From positions 1 through 64,000 of the IMG/VR virus record IMGVR_UViG_3300028920_000054: a stretch of 64,000 nt of DNA; one strand, 5' to 3'. Source of the DNA: a virus. The position numbers were made by a program, and so were the translations under genes. Shown here piece by piece: positions 7,728 through 17,389 of this stretch; the first letter of the stretch is position 1, and each line of letters starts with the position of its first letter. The notes beneath the pieces are model-generated. The model worked only from the letters and a program-made list of their open reading frames with translations. It searched no databases and had not been told where the DNA came from.

Positions 7728-9737
7728 ATGCTTATGAACATATCAATACTTTGTCTTAACGGATTACAGAACTTTCTTAAACCAATAGAAGCACATTTTT
7801 CTAAATCACACACAGTTACAACGTGTTTTAGCAATGACCAAGAACAGATCAAAAAGGCTATAAGCAATGCAGATGTGGTTTGGATTGAATGGGCTAACGA
7901 ACTTGCGATTCAATTAACGCACTCAGATTTGTTGGATGGCAAAAAAGTTATTTTAAGGTGTCATAGCTACGAAGTTCTTTCGGGATACATTCCAAGGATT
8001 AATTGGGACAAGATAAGCGAAGTAATTTTTGTAGCTAAACATGTTCAGGACTTGGCACTTCAGCAAGCCAAGATTAAAAGCTATCAGATAATCCCCAACC
8101 CGCTTGAAGTTAAAGAATGGGAATTTGCAGAAAGGGAAAACGGGAAAAACCTTGCCTTTGTTGCAGACATAAACGCAAAAAAGGGAATCATGCTACTGAT
8201 TCACGCTTTCAATGCATTGGTTAAAAAAGACCCTTCATATATGCTTCATATTGCTGGTAGAATTCAAGACCCTAGATTTGGACTTTACATTAAACACATA
8301 ATAAATAAACTTGGGATAGAACAGAACGTTTCTTACCATGGGTATATAGAAAATATGCAAGAATGGCTTAAAGATAAAAACTATGCAGTCTGTACAAGCC
8401 CTTGGGAATCACAGGGAATGGGGCTGTGCGAATCCATGGCAATGGGCATAAAACCTATAATTCATAACTTTGTTGGTGCGGAAAACATCTATAAGCCTGA
8501 ATATCTGTGGACAAGCATAGACGACTTTCTTGCCATGATTGAAGGTGACTATAACTCTAAAGATTACAGAAATTACGTTGCCACCAACTTTGCACCCGAT
8601 AGGATATTCAAACGAATAGACAAGACAGTCAAAAACATAAAACCTGTTGCTAAACTTGAAGATGGGGTTACGGCAATAATAGCGGTTCATAATGGTGCGA
8701 AGACTGTAGGGCGTTCGATAGATTCCCTATTGGTGCAAACCGTAAAACCAAAAGTGATAGTCGTTGACGATGCCTCCACGGATGATACGTGTGAAGTTGT
8801 TAAGAAATACGATGTAGAACTAATTAAGCTGAAAGAAAACAGGTGGGTTGCAAGCGCAAGAAACGAAGCACTTAAACGAGTTAAGACAAAGTACGTTATG
8901 TTTCTTGATGCAGATGATTCCGTTACTGAAGATTACATCGAAGAAACGATGAACACGCTTGAAGCACATCCCGAATGTGGTTTTGCATATACCGATATGT
9001 GCCACATTACAGATGGTGATGAAAAGTTTGTTGTTGTTCCACCGTTTGAAATGAACAATTTCATAAACCACAATTATGTTTCGTATTGTGCATTAATGCG
9101 AACAGAAGACGTACATTACAGCGACTACCTGAATGATTGTAGAAACCACATGTACGACCATGAACTATTTTTAAGAATTGCCATGAACAAACCGGGAATA
9201 AAGTCAGACGGTGGAAGGTTCGACTATACCATTGCAAGAGATTCGGTAAGCAAGAATTACGAACGTGGAAGAACGGATATGTATCTTCAGATGGTGGATG
9301 GCATTCAGGGCATTGACGTAAGGGCAAATCCGGGGAATAAGATACTTCTTGTGTGCTGGGGCCGAGACTATCTTGATGCTTCAAAAGTTTCGTTTGAAGT
9401 TTACACCTTTCTGAAGTCGTTGGAAGAATTTGGTGAAGTGTTTACATTCTATTGGGATATCGAAATGAAATATTTCGGCAGGCAGGGAATGGTTGACAGG
9501 TTGTTTGCTTGGATAGACAGGGTAGACCCAACGCACATATTCCACGTATGCTACAAAGACCACATTCCCGTTGAAGCGTGGAAAAAGATTTCAGAAAAGC
9601 GTAGTACGATAGGTTGGTTCTGTGACGACAACTGGAGGTACGATGATTATTCAAAGGACTACGCAGAAGGATTTAGGCACGTAGTGACCACATATAAAGA
9701 GGCGTATGATAAGTATTTGAAGGAAACTGAGGCGTAG
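7728..9737 (+). CDS. multidomain glycosyltransferase: GT4-like + GT2 + N-terminal half of a CgeB-like GT
   Basis: ESQGMGLCESMAMG (GT-B); VVDDASTD and FLDADD (GT-A); ends with GWFCDDNWRY...VVTTYKEAYDKY. Confidence 0.85.
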   Translation: MLMNISILCLNGLQNFLKPIEAHFSKSHTVTTCFSNDQEQIKKAISNADVVWIEWANELAIQLTHSDLLDGKKVILRCHSYEVLSGYIPRINWDKISEVIFVAKHVQDLALQQAKIKSYQIIPNPLEVKEWEFAERENGKNLAFVADINAKKGIMLLIHAFNALVKKDPSYMLHIAGRIQDPRFGLYIKHIINKLGIEQNVSYHGYIENMQEWLKDKNYAVCTSPWESQGMGLCESMAMGIKPIIHNFVGAENIYKPEYLWTSIDDFLAMIEGDYNSKDYRNYVATNFAPDRIFKRIDKTVKNIKPVAKLEDGVTAIIAVHNGAKTVGRSIDSLLVQTVKPKVIVVDDASTDDTCEVVKKYDVELIKLKENRWVASARNEALKRVKTKYVMFLDADDSVTEDYIEETMNTLEAHPECGFAYTDMCHITDGDEKFVVVPPFEMNNFINHNYVSYCALMRTEDVHYSDYLNDCRNHMYDHELFLRIAMNKPGIKSDGGRFDYTIARDSVSKNYERGRTDMYLQMVDGIQGIDVRANPGNKILLVCWGRDYLDASKVSFEVYTFLKSLEEFGEVFTFYWDIEMKYFGRQGMVDRLFAWIDRVDPTHIFHVCYKDHIPVEAWKKISEKRSTIGWFCDDNWRYDDYSKDYAEGFRHVVTTYKEAYDKYLKETEA

Positions 9738-9740
9738 GCC

Positions 9741-9962
9741 ATGGATAAAACGGCATATTATTGCCCAAAATGTGGCGGAGAAGATGTTACGTTTAGGACA
9801 ATATCAACATGTTTTCCAGACAGGGCGGCACGTGTTTCACTCGATGAACTTACAAAGCCAAAGCGTAAGCTTATTTCTGACTATGTAATTGTTTCACTTG
9901 TAGTGCGTGAAGCAACCTGTACCCTTTGCGGGTATTCGGTAATTTTTTGCCCCACAGATTAA
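9741..9962 (+). CDS. small zinc-ribbon protein
   Basis: CPKCG and CTLCG pairs. Confidence 0.55.
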   Translation: MDKTAYYCPKCGGEDVTFRTISTCFPDRAARVSLDELTKPKRKLISDYVIVSLVVREATCTLCGYSVIFCPTD

Positions 9963-10020
9963 AGGGGCTGTACTTTTAAAAAAGAAGTGTACAAAAACTA
10001 TTTGGCAAGCGAGGTTCCTT

Positions 10021-10233
10021 ATGGAAAAAACAAAGAGACTAAAAGAACTTGAAAATGACATGCAGTGCGCTCTTGGTAAGTTTTTAGACGAAAAAACAAA
10101 AGACGCATTGGAAGAATTTTGTGGGATATTGGCAGATGAAAGCGATATGGTTGTATCCATTAATGGAACGTGGGAAAGGGCATTAAAGGCAACCATCAAA
10201 TTTAAACCAAAAGAAAAAATTGAAAAGAAATGA
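10021..10233 (+). CDS. hypothetical protein
   Basis: GAGG SD; ATGA overlap with the next ORF. Confidence 0.5.
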   Translation: MEKTKRLKELENDMQCALGKFLDEKTKDALEEFCGILADESDMVVSINGTWERALKATIKFKPKEKIEKK

Positions 10234-10538
10234 GCATAAAGATAGAAGATACAAAAAACGAAGAAGTTCTTAGAAGGGTTGCCGAGGCTGAAGAAAAAAA
10301 ACGTCAAAACAAGGTGATAGAAGAATACGTATATAGGTGTATATGTGTTAGAGTTTGTCCAAAATGTGCCGGTTGGTTAAATCTTATAACTGACCCTCCG
10401 TATAACCTGGATTCATGGAGATATATTTGCGAAGAATGTGGCGAAAAGTATTACGACACATCTTGGTATTACAGCGGAATCCATAACGGCAGCGATAGCA
10501 CAGGAAGAAGTGTATCAAAAATATTTGAAGGAAGGTGA
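10230..10538 (+). CDS. small zinc-finger protein
   Basis: CPKC and CEECG. Confidence 0.5.
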   Translation: MSIKIEDTKNEEVLRRVAEAEEKKRQNKVIEEYVYRCICVRVCPKCAGWLNLITDPPYNLDSWRYICEECGEKYYDTSWYYSGIHNGSDSTGRSVSKIFEGR

Positions 10539-10541
10539 ATT

Positions 10542-10778
10542 ATGAAGTTAACCAAAGAACTGGTTGTTTCAAATATTGAGGGAGTAAGGTATCGACTTAG
10601 TGACGGAACTGAAGGGATTATCAACACACCTCGTGATATTTGGCTTATTATCTTAGGCAGTCTAAAGCGTGTGCCTGAGTTGATGCGTAAAAAGAATTGG
10701 CCAAAAGAAGATATTGACGAAACGACTAGCGAAATTAAAGCCATTGAAGAAGCATTAGCAGAAGTTTGTGTGGACTAG
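10542..10778 (+). CDS. hypothetical protein
   Basis: AAGGTG SD, tight gene packing. Confidence 0.5.
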   Translation: MKLTKELVVSNIEGVRYRLSDGTEGIINTPRDIWLIILGSLKRVPELMRKKNWPKEDIDETTSEIKAIEEALAEVCVD

Positions 10779-10781
10779 GCA

Positions 10782-11009
10782 GTGAAGACAAAACGGTTGT
10801 TAGAAATAATCGAATCGTTTCGCAGGAAGAATCACTACTATGTAGATGAGGATTGTTGGTATTCATGTCCAGCTCACGAAGATTATTGTGGAGATAGGCC
10901 ACGCATTTGTGAATGTGGTCTTGCGGAACACAATGCGAGGGTTGACGAAGCCATACAAATTGTTAGTAGCATTAACGAAGAATCTTACCAAAAATATTTA
11001 AAAAAATAA
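10782..11009 (+). CDS. small Cys/His-rich hypothetical protein
   Basis: EDCWYSCP...CECG...HN motif. Confidence 0.55.
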   Translation: MKTKRLLEIIESFRRKNHYYVDEDCWYSCPAHEDYCGDRPRICECGLAEHNARVDEAIQIVSSINEESYQKYLKK

Positions 11010-11029
11010 AAAGATGGAGGAAAAGTATA

Positions 11030-11209
11030 ATGCCGAGACAGAACGGAATGGGGCCTCAGGGTAGGGGTCCGAAAACTGGACGTGGGTTAGGGCCGTGTAC
11101 AACTAAAAGCGGAGAAACAATTGTAGCAGAAGAAAAGGTTGGATTTTTCAGGCGACTAGGCCGTGGTTTAGGGTTAGGACGTGGAAGGGGCCGTGGCAGG
11201 CGTAGCTAG
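11030..11209 (+). CDS. DUF5320-like Gly/Arg-rich protein
   Basis: Manual translation (59 aa, missing from track): MPRQNGMGPQGRGPKTGRGLGPC...RRLGRGLGLGRGRGRGRRS; GGAGG SD. Confidence 0.8.
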   Translation: MPRQNGMGPQGRGPKTGRGLGPCTTKSGETIVAEEKVGFFRRLGRGLGLGRGRGRGRRS

Positions 11210-11265
11210 ACAACTACCATCCCTACTTTACCGACTGTGGCAATAAGCAAAAGGCGGAAAAAATT

Positions 11266-11439
11266 ATGATTAAGAAAAAATTTAAAGTGATATATGATGG
11301 TCAACTTGATGAAGATGTTGATGATTTAATAAGGAATACCCTTGAGGGAATCGGTGCAAAGTGGTATGCACAAGGATATAACTTCACAACCAATGAACGT
11401 GATATATGTTTTGATTTGGAAATTATTTTAAATGGGTAA
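11266..11439 (+). CDS. small hypothetical protein
   Basis: Manual 57-aa ORF MIKKKFKVIYDGQLDEDVD...ERDICFDLEIILNG fills the gap before the phosphatase. Confidence 0.55.
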   Translation: MIKKKFKVIYDGQLDEDVDDLIRNTLEGIGAKWYAQGYNFTTNERDICFDLEIILNG

Positions 11440-12037
11440 CATTTTTGCAATAGGCGACATACACGGTTGCCTAGAAAAACTAGAAAAAATGTTTTCCTTG
11501 CTTGAAATATCAAAGGACGATACCGTTGTGTTTCTTGGGGATTACGTTGATAGGGGGCCACAGTCAAAAGAAGTAGTTGGTTTCGTCATTGACTTGAAGA
11601 AGAAACACAATGTTATATGCTTGCTTGGGAACCACGAAGAAATGTTCCTTAATTGCCTTGATGGAATTAACGAAAACTTGCACCTCATGAATGGTGGGCT
11701 TACGACAATAAGGTCATATGGTGGGTCTATTCCAAGAGAACACATGGAATTTTTTAAATCACTACTTCCATATTATGAAACAGAAGAATATATTTTTGTA
11801 CATGCTGGGTTAAAACCAAACATTCCATTGGAAGAACAAGACATTGAATGGTTGACTTGGATTAGATATGAATTCATTAACTCTAAATATGATTTTGGCA
11901 AGACTGTTATTTTTGGACACACCCCACTTGAATTTCCACTTGTAGAAGAAAATAAAATTGGAATAGATACTGGTGCGGCAATGGGCGGAATGTTAACGTG
12001 TATTGAACTTCCAAGAAGAAGAATATTGCAGGTATAG
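11432..12037 (+). CDS. Ser/Thr protein phosphatase (metallophosphoesterase, lambda NinI/PphA-like)
   Basis: GDIHG, GDYVDRG, GNHE, VHAG, FGHTP, IDTG motifs. Confidence 0.92.
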   Translation: MGNIFAIGDIHGCLEKLEKMFSLLEISKDDTVVFLGDYVDRGPQSKEVVGFVIDLKKKHNVICLLGNHEEMFLNCLDGINENLHLMNGGLTTIRSYGGSIPREHMEFFKSLLPYYETEEYIFVHAGLKPNIPLEEQDIEWLTWIRYEFINSKYDFGKTVIFGHTPLEFPLVEENKIGIDTGAAMGGMLTCIELPRRRILQV

Positions 12038-12046
12038 TGAATTGAT

Positions 12047-12304
12047 ATGTTTGGAAATTCGTATTATCAAAGAACCGTTAAGGCGACCGAAGTTTTAACG
12101 GAAGGTGGTGAAACAACAATAACACTCAACGTTGTTTCTGTGTTTGTTGATGATTTTAGCCGTGGAAACCCAACGGAAGAAACTATAAAGATTAGGTTAA
12201 ACGAAGAATTGACATTTGATTGCGAAAGCGTTTACAAGACAAAAGAAATGCAGGAAAAGATAGAAATGCTTTTAAAGAAAGCAGACAACGGGGAAGACCT
12301 ATGA
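12047..12304 (+). CDS. hypothetical protein
   Basis: ATGA overlap with the next gene. Confidence 0.5.
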   Translation: MFGNSYYQRTVKATEVLTEGGETTITLNVVSVFVDDFSRGNPTEETIKIRLNEELTFDCESVYKTKEMQEKIEMLLKKADNGEDL

Positions 12305-12810
12305 AGCCAATTTTATCTCAATGGGCTGCAAACCCATTCTACTTTAAAGACTATGAACTTGAAAAGGATATAGACGTATCTTTCTGTGGACAAGCATATG
12401 GCGATAGAATGGCATGGTTAGACGAACTTAAGGTTGAACGATACGGAAAAGGTCAACCAAACGGAATGATAGACTTTAAGGAAATGGCAAAAGCCTATAA
12501 TCGTAGCAAGATATGTATAAACTTTTCAAAGGGTTCAGATGGAAGGATGCAGATTAAGTGCAGACCCTTTGAAGTAACCGCATCAAAGTCAATGCTTCTC
12601 TGTGAATATGTTGAAGGAATAGAAGACTATTTTGAGATTGATAAAGAGATTGTTTGCTTTAAAACTAAGGAAGAACTGAAAGAAAAAATAAGTTACTACC
12701 TTGAACACGAAGAAGAACGAGAAGCAATAACGAAAGCTGGATACGAAAGAACACACAAAGATCACTTGTGGAAAAATAGATTTGGAGATATATTTGAGGA
12801 GATAGAATGA
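12301..12810 (+). CDS. C-terminal half of a CgeB/YkvP-like glycosyltransferase
   Basis: SQWAAN...DVSFCG...YNRSKICINF...RPFEV...YYLEHEEEREAI..AGYER..KDH.W..R; start at ATG 12301. Confidence 0.85.
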   Translation: MKPILSQWAANPFYFKDYELEKDIDVSFCGQAYGDRMAWLDELKVERYGKGQPNGMIDFKEMAKAYNRSKICINFSKGSDGRMQIKCRPFEVTASKSMLLCEYVEGIEDYFEIDKEIVCFKTKEELKEKISYYLEHEEEREAITKAGYERTHKDHLWKNRFGDIFEEIE

Positions 12811-13019
12811 AGCATAAAATACTAAAAGACATTTTAGAAGCCGTTGATAGTCGCAAATATCATCAAATAACAATTGACACAATAGAATCGTTGCTATGTG
12901 GTGAATGGAATGGTGGTGCTGCTATTTACGAGATTAGAAACCTATACGAAGTTATGAGAAGCGATATCCTCGATTACGAGTTTTGGGGTGCAATTTTAAC
13001 TACAATGGATTCTTTATAA
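12807..13019 (+). CDS. hypothetical protein
   Basis: ATGA-coupled ORF. Confidence 0.45.
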   Translation: MKHKILKDILEAVDSRKYHQITIDTIESLLCGEWNGGAAIYEIRNLYEVMRSDILDYEFWGAILTTMDSL

Positions 13020-13987
13020 GAATGGACAACACAATAAACATTCTGCAATCCCTTACCAAAATATCTTATCTTTCAGGCTATTCAAAAGATAAGGTAATTT
13101 CTATTCTAGTCGCAAACATGAAGAAAGATAACGCCTTCAATGTTGCTGTTAATATGTTGCTTAACCAAGCGAAATTAGAACGACAACAGAAGTTGAAAGA
13201 TGAAATTGCCGACCTTAAGGTTGGTAGAAACGCAACTAAAAAGTGGAAAGAATTTGTAGAACAACTTTCTGCAAACATAAGCGTTGGAGATATCGACAAC
13301 TTCTTAAGGTGGCCAGTTATAACACAGACGATGTTTGTTTCACAGGCAAACTACCTTGGGATTGAACGAGCATACATTGAAGATAAAAATGTACCGATAG
13401 AAGAAAGCAAGGTTGGCAATCCACCGTCAGATGGAAACTTGGTTCATCAGGCATATCATCTAGCCAGATTCATGGATGCGACAGGGGAAGATGTAAGAAA
13501 TTATGACTACATTTTTGAGTTCGGTGGCGGCTATGGATGTATGTGTCGCCTGATTAACGAACTTGGATTCAGTGGTGATTACGTTATATATGACCTCCCA
13601 CATTTCTCCGCACTCCAAAGATACTATCTTGATTCGTGTAGAATTGATGCTGAATATGTTTCTGAAATTTGGGATATCAAAAAACTTCTGGTAAAGACTA
13701 CTGACAATTCACTTCAGCTTTCAAATTCGCAGATTCCAACTGGTAAAAAGTCTTTGTTTATAGCGTGTTGGTCATTAAGTGAAACCCCATTAAAGCTGCG
13801 TGAAAAGATTGATTTAATCCTTCCATACTTTGATAGCTTTCTTTTCGCTTATCAGGATATGTTTTCCGAAATAGATAACGTGAACTACTTTGGGGAAATT
13901 AAAAAATTAGACAGAAAATGGACTGACGTTAAAATAGACCACATACCGAGAAACAGATACTTGTTCGGGAGTAAAAGTGAAATATAG
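12983..13987 (+). CDS. putative sugar O-methyltransferase
   Basis: IFEFGGGYG SAM motif, YDLP...LQRYYL, WSLSE; probable start ATG 13022. Confidence 0.75.
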   Translation: MGCNFNYNGFFIRMDNTINILQSLTKISYLSGYSKDKVISILVANMKKDNAFNVAVNMLLNQAKLERQQKLKDEIADLKVGRNATKKWKEFVEQLSANISVGDIDNFLRWPVITQTMFVSQANYLGIERAYIEDKNVPIEESKVGNPPSDGNLVHQAYHLARFMDATGEDVRNYDYIFEFGGGYGCMCRLINELGFSGDYVIYDLPHFSALQRYYLDSCRIDAEYVSEIWDIKKLLVKTTDNSLQLSNSQIPTGKKSLFIACWSLSETPLKLREKIDLILPYFDSFLFAYQDMFSEIDNVNYFGEIKKLDRKWTDVKIDHIPRNRYLFGSKSEI

Positions 13988-14645
13988 CGAAATATTAAAA
14001 CTTGACCTTCCATCTAAACTTGTTTCAATCGGAAACTCGTTAAGGATGGAAAAGCACGACACGCCGATTTCAATAAGCGAAATAGAATTTAGATACCTTC
14101 AGAAAGATATTATTGAAAACGACCTTAAATGTGGATACGAATGTGGAACAGCGTTCGGAGTATCTTCGTTGGCGGCGGGGCTTGGAATGCTTGAAACGGG
14201 TGGAACAATAATAACATTAGACACTTATGTAGAAGAAAGCCTTAAGGAAAATAACAGCACATACGCAATGTCAACCAACACATATTTTGATACAATGGGG
14301 CACAAGATTGCCGTTGCGTTGCACTCACTGTGTGGCGTGGGAGACATAGTCAAATGTGTAACTGGTCACAGCCCTTCCATGGTTAATGAAATCCTTTCTG
14401 GTCTAAGCATAGACTATGTTTTTATTGACGGAAACCACATTCCAAAACAGATAATATTAGACGCCACCGCCGTTCTTCCGTTTATAAATATAGATAAATG
14501 CCATCTGTTTTTTCACGATTGCCACACATTTACAAACGAAGTACATAACTTTTTTATAGATACCTTTGGCAAGGACGTTGAAGTTGTAATTCCAAGACCC
14601 GCAGGGTTCAACTTGGGGGTGATACGATTGGAGGAAGAGCGTTGA
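13977..14645 (+). CDS. class I SAM methyltransferase (Methyltransf_24-like)
   Basis: ECGTAFGVS, DYVFIDGNH, FHD. Confidence 0.75.
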   Translation: MKYSEILKLDLPSKLVSIGNSLRMEKHDTPISISEIEFRYLQKDIIENDLKCGYECGTAFGVSSLAAGLGMLETGGTIITLDTYVEESLKENNSTYAMSTNTYFDTMGHKIAVALHSLCGVGDIVKCVTGHSPSMVNEILSGLSIDYVFIDGNHIPKQIILDATAVLPFINIDKCHLFFHDCHTFTNEVHNFFIDTFGKDVEVVIPRPAGFNLGVIRLEEER

Positions 14646-15412
14646 TAGACCATACGCTGTTTGGTGATATTGACATTGTGCAGGTATCAATAGATCGGTT
14701 ACAGGAATTTGAACCACCTGAAGGATATTATCTTGCATTTTCTGGTGGCAAGGATTCGGTGGTCATCAAGGCTTTGGCAGATATGGCAGGGGTAAAATAT
14801 GATGCACACTATAACCTAACCACCATTGACCCACCCGAACTGGTTTATTTCATCAGGGACTATCACAAAGATGTTATTATTGAAAGACCAAAAGAACCGC
14901 TGCTTAGAAGGTTGGTAATAAAGGGGTTTCCACAAAGACAGCGTAGGTGGTGTTGCGAAGAATACAAGGAACGTGGTGGAACCGGTAGGTATGTAATTAC
15001 AGGAATACGCCATGCGGAGTCAAGTGGTCGTAAAAATAGGGAAATGGTGGAAACCTGTTACAACGATAATTCAAAAAATTTTGTTCATCCAATTATTGAT
15101 TGGTCAGATACACAAGTTTGGGACTTTATAAGAAAATTTAACATTCCATATTGTTCGTTATATGACGAAGGTTGGAAGAGAGTCGGTTGTCTGCTGTGCC
15201 CAATGGCTGGAAGCCACAGGAAGATTGAATTTGAACGATATCCAAAATTTGGAAACCTTTTTATAAAAGCGTTTATTAAGTGTTATGACAACAAAAAAGC
15301 ACAAGGAAAGAAATCGGTAAATCGCTGGAAAGATGGTGAAGAAATGTTCTGGTGGTGGATGAGCGAAAACAGAACTAGCCATAAGGAAGATCAAGAAGTT
15401 CTATTCTATTAA
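14642..15412 (+). CDS. PAPS reductase-family (PP-loop) protein
   Basis: AFSGGKDS, RWCC..YKE, GIRHAES..R, RVGCLLCP. Confidence 0.88.
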   Translation: MIDHTLFGDIDIVQVSIDRLQEFEPPEGYYLAFSGGKDSVVIKALADMAGVKYDAHYNLTTIDPPELVYFIRDYHKDVIIERPKEPLLRRLVIKGFPQRQRRWCCEEYKERGGTGRYVITGIRHAESSGRKNREMVETCYNDNSKNFVHPIIDWSDTQVWDFIRKFNIPYCSLYDEGWKRVGCLLCPMAGSHRKIEFERYPKFGNLFIKAFIKCYDNKKAQGKKSVNRWKDGEEMFWWWMSENRTSHKEDQEVLFY

Positions 15413-15428
15413 AATAATTGGAGGATTC

Positions 15429-16031
15429 GTGACATTCACATTTGGAATCATAACCGCAGGCAACCTTAAATTGCCAATGATAATAAAGTCTATTCGGGAT
15501 GAAGTTGCCGATGCTGAAATAATAGTCGTTGGTGGCGAAGGCATAAGCGGAATAACCCACATCCCGTTTGACGAAAACATAAAACCAAGGTGGATATCTA
15601 AAAAGAAAAACCTTATCACGCAAAATGCAACTAACGAAAATATAGTTTATATGCACGACTACCTAATGCTTAGCGAAGGATGGTACGAAGGGTTCCTTAA
15701 GTTCGGCAATTCATGGGATGTGTGCATGAACGTAATAACAAATAAAGACGGAACAAGATACAGAGACTGGGTTACGTGGGATGACCCCCAACTTGGACTG
15801 TGCCGAGTCGATTACAACACCTACAAAAAAACCGAACTAATGTATATAAGTGGTGCGTATTGGGTTGCAAAAAAGTGGGTTATGGAAGCAGACCCGATTG
15901 ACGAAAGTTTGTGTTGGGGGCAAGGCGAAGACGTTGAGTGGAGCAAGAGAATGCGGAAAAAGTATAGATATGTAATGAATCCGTATTCAGAAGTTGTGAT
16001 GATGAAACAGAAAAGGGTGATAGCTAGTTGA
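15429..16031 (+). CDS. GT-A fold glycosyltransferase
   Basis: FGIIT, KKNLI, YMHDY, GEDVEWS. Confidence 0.7.
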   Translation: MTFTFGIITAGNLKLPMIIKSIRDEVADAEIIVVGGEGISGITHIPFDENIKPRWISKKKNLITQNATNENIVYMHDYLMLSEGWYEGFLKFGNSWDVCMNVITNKDGTRYRDWVTWDDPQLGLCRVDYNTYKKTELMYISGAYWVAKKWVMEADPIDESLCWGQGEDVEWSKRMRKKYRYVMNPYSEVVMMKQKRVIAS

Positions 16032-17389
16032 TTAAGCTGATAATTTTTGATTTGGATGGAGTCCTTATTAACATGAAGGACTTGCACTATGAAGCATTAA
16101 ATGGTGCATTGCTTTCTTTTGATGAAAGGTATGTTATAGGGCGTGATGAACACCTTTCAATTTATGATGGCAGACCGACAACGGTGAAACTTAACCTTCT
16201 TACCAAGAACAAGGGTCTTCCAAAGAAACTTTACGATGATGTATGGAGTAAGAAGCAGGGCGAAACCCTTAAACTAATAGACAAATTCACCGTTGATGAA
16301 CGACTTTGTTCTGTTCTGAAAAGACTTAAGAGCGATGGATTTATTATTTGTGTTGCGTCAAATTCCATCAGGGCAACGGTAAAACTTGCACTTTTAAGAA
16401 AAGGGTTTATGGAATATGTTGACTTCTTCTTTTCAAATCAGGACGTTAAGCAACCAAAACCTAATGCAGAGATGTTTTTAAGGTGCATGATTAAGGCGGG
16501 AATAAACCCAAATGAAACACTGATTATAGAAGATTCACATATAGGTAGAAAGACAGCCGTTGAATCGGGAGCGCATCTTTTGGGTGTTGAAAATTCCAAC
16601 AGCGTAACATACGGAGCGATAACAGATAAGATAAACGGAATTTGTGGATACGCAAAACCTAAGTGGCAGGGTGGAAAAATGAATGTACTAATTCCAATGG
16701 CGGGCGCAGGTTCAAGATTTGAAAAAGCCGGATATTCTTTTCCTAAACCGCTCCTAGATGTTCACGGAAAACCAATGATTCAGGTTGTGGTTGAAAACCT
16801 TAACATAGACGCAAGGCACATATTTATAGTACAGAAAGCACATTATGAAAAGTATAACCTGCAATACCTTCTGAATTTGATAGCACCTAAATGCAAAATA
16901 GTTCAAGTGGATGGGATAACGGAAGGTGCTGCTTGTACTACGCTGTTAGCTAAAAAGTACATAGACAACGACGAACCACTACTGATTGCAAATTCAGACC
17001 AATACCTTCAATGGGATTCCAACGAATTTATGTACGCAATGGGGGATGGGATTGATGGCGGAATTCTTACGTTTACGAGTGTACACAGTAAATGGAGTTT
17101 CGCTAAATTGGATGAAAACGGGTATGTATGTGAAGTTGCAGAAAAAAAACCAATAAGCACCGAGGCAACAGTGGGTATCTATTTCTATCGCAAAGGCTCT
17201 GATTACGTTAAGTATGCAGAACAAATGATTGCAAAAGACATAAGGACTAACGGAGAGTATTTTGTCTGTCCAGTCTATAACGAAGCAATTGCTGATGGTA
17301 AGAAAATAAAGATATTTCACATAGATAGGATGTTTGGACTCGGTACGCCGGAAGACCTTGAGGCGTTTTTAAGGGAAGACCATGAGTAG
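16028..17389 (+). CDS. HAD phosphatase-nucleotidyltransferase fusion
   Basis: FDLDGVL, KPNA, IEDS; then IPMAGAGSRF...PKPL...NSDQ...EKKPIS...GLGTPEDL. Confidence 0.88.
   Translation: MIKLIIFDLDGVLINMKDLHYEALNGALLSFDERYVIGRDEHLSIYDGRPTTVKLNLLTKNKGLPKKLYDDVWSKKQGETLKLIDKFTVDERLCSVLKRLKSDGFIICVASNSIRATVKLALLRKGFMEYVDFFFSNQDVKQPKPNAEMFLRCMIKAGINPNETLIIEDSHIGRKTAVESGAHLLGVENSNSVTYGAITDKINGICGYAKPKWQGGKMNVLIPMAGAGSRFEKAGYSFPKPLLDVHGKPMIQVVVENLNIDARHIFIVQKAHYEKYNLQYLLNLIAPKCKIVQVDGITEGAACTTLLAKKYIDNDEPLLIANSDQYLQWDSNEFMYAMGDGIDGGILTFTSVHSKWSFAKLDENGYVCEVAEKKPISTEATVGIYFYRKGSDYVKYAEQMIAKDIRTNGEYFVCPVYNEAIADGKKIKIFHIDRMFGLGTPEDLEAFLREDHE

Noticed and set aside
14642-15412. Dnd phosphorothioation system or sulfate-assimilation operon
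   Set aside because: No other dnd genes or sulfite reductase are present, so only family-level assignment is supportable.
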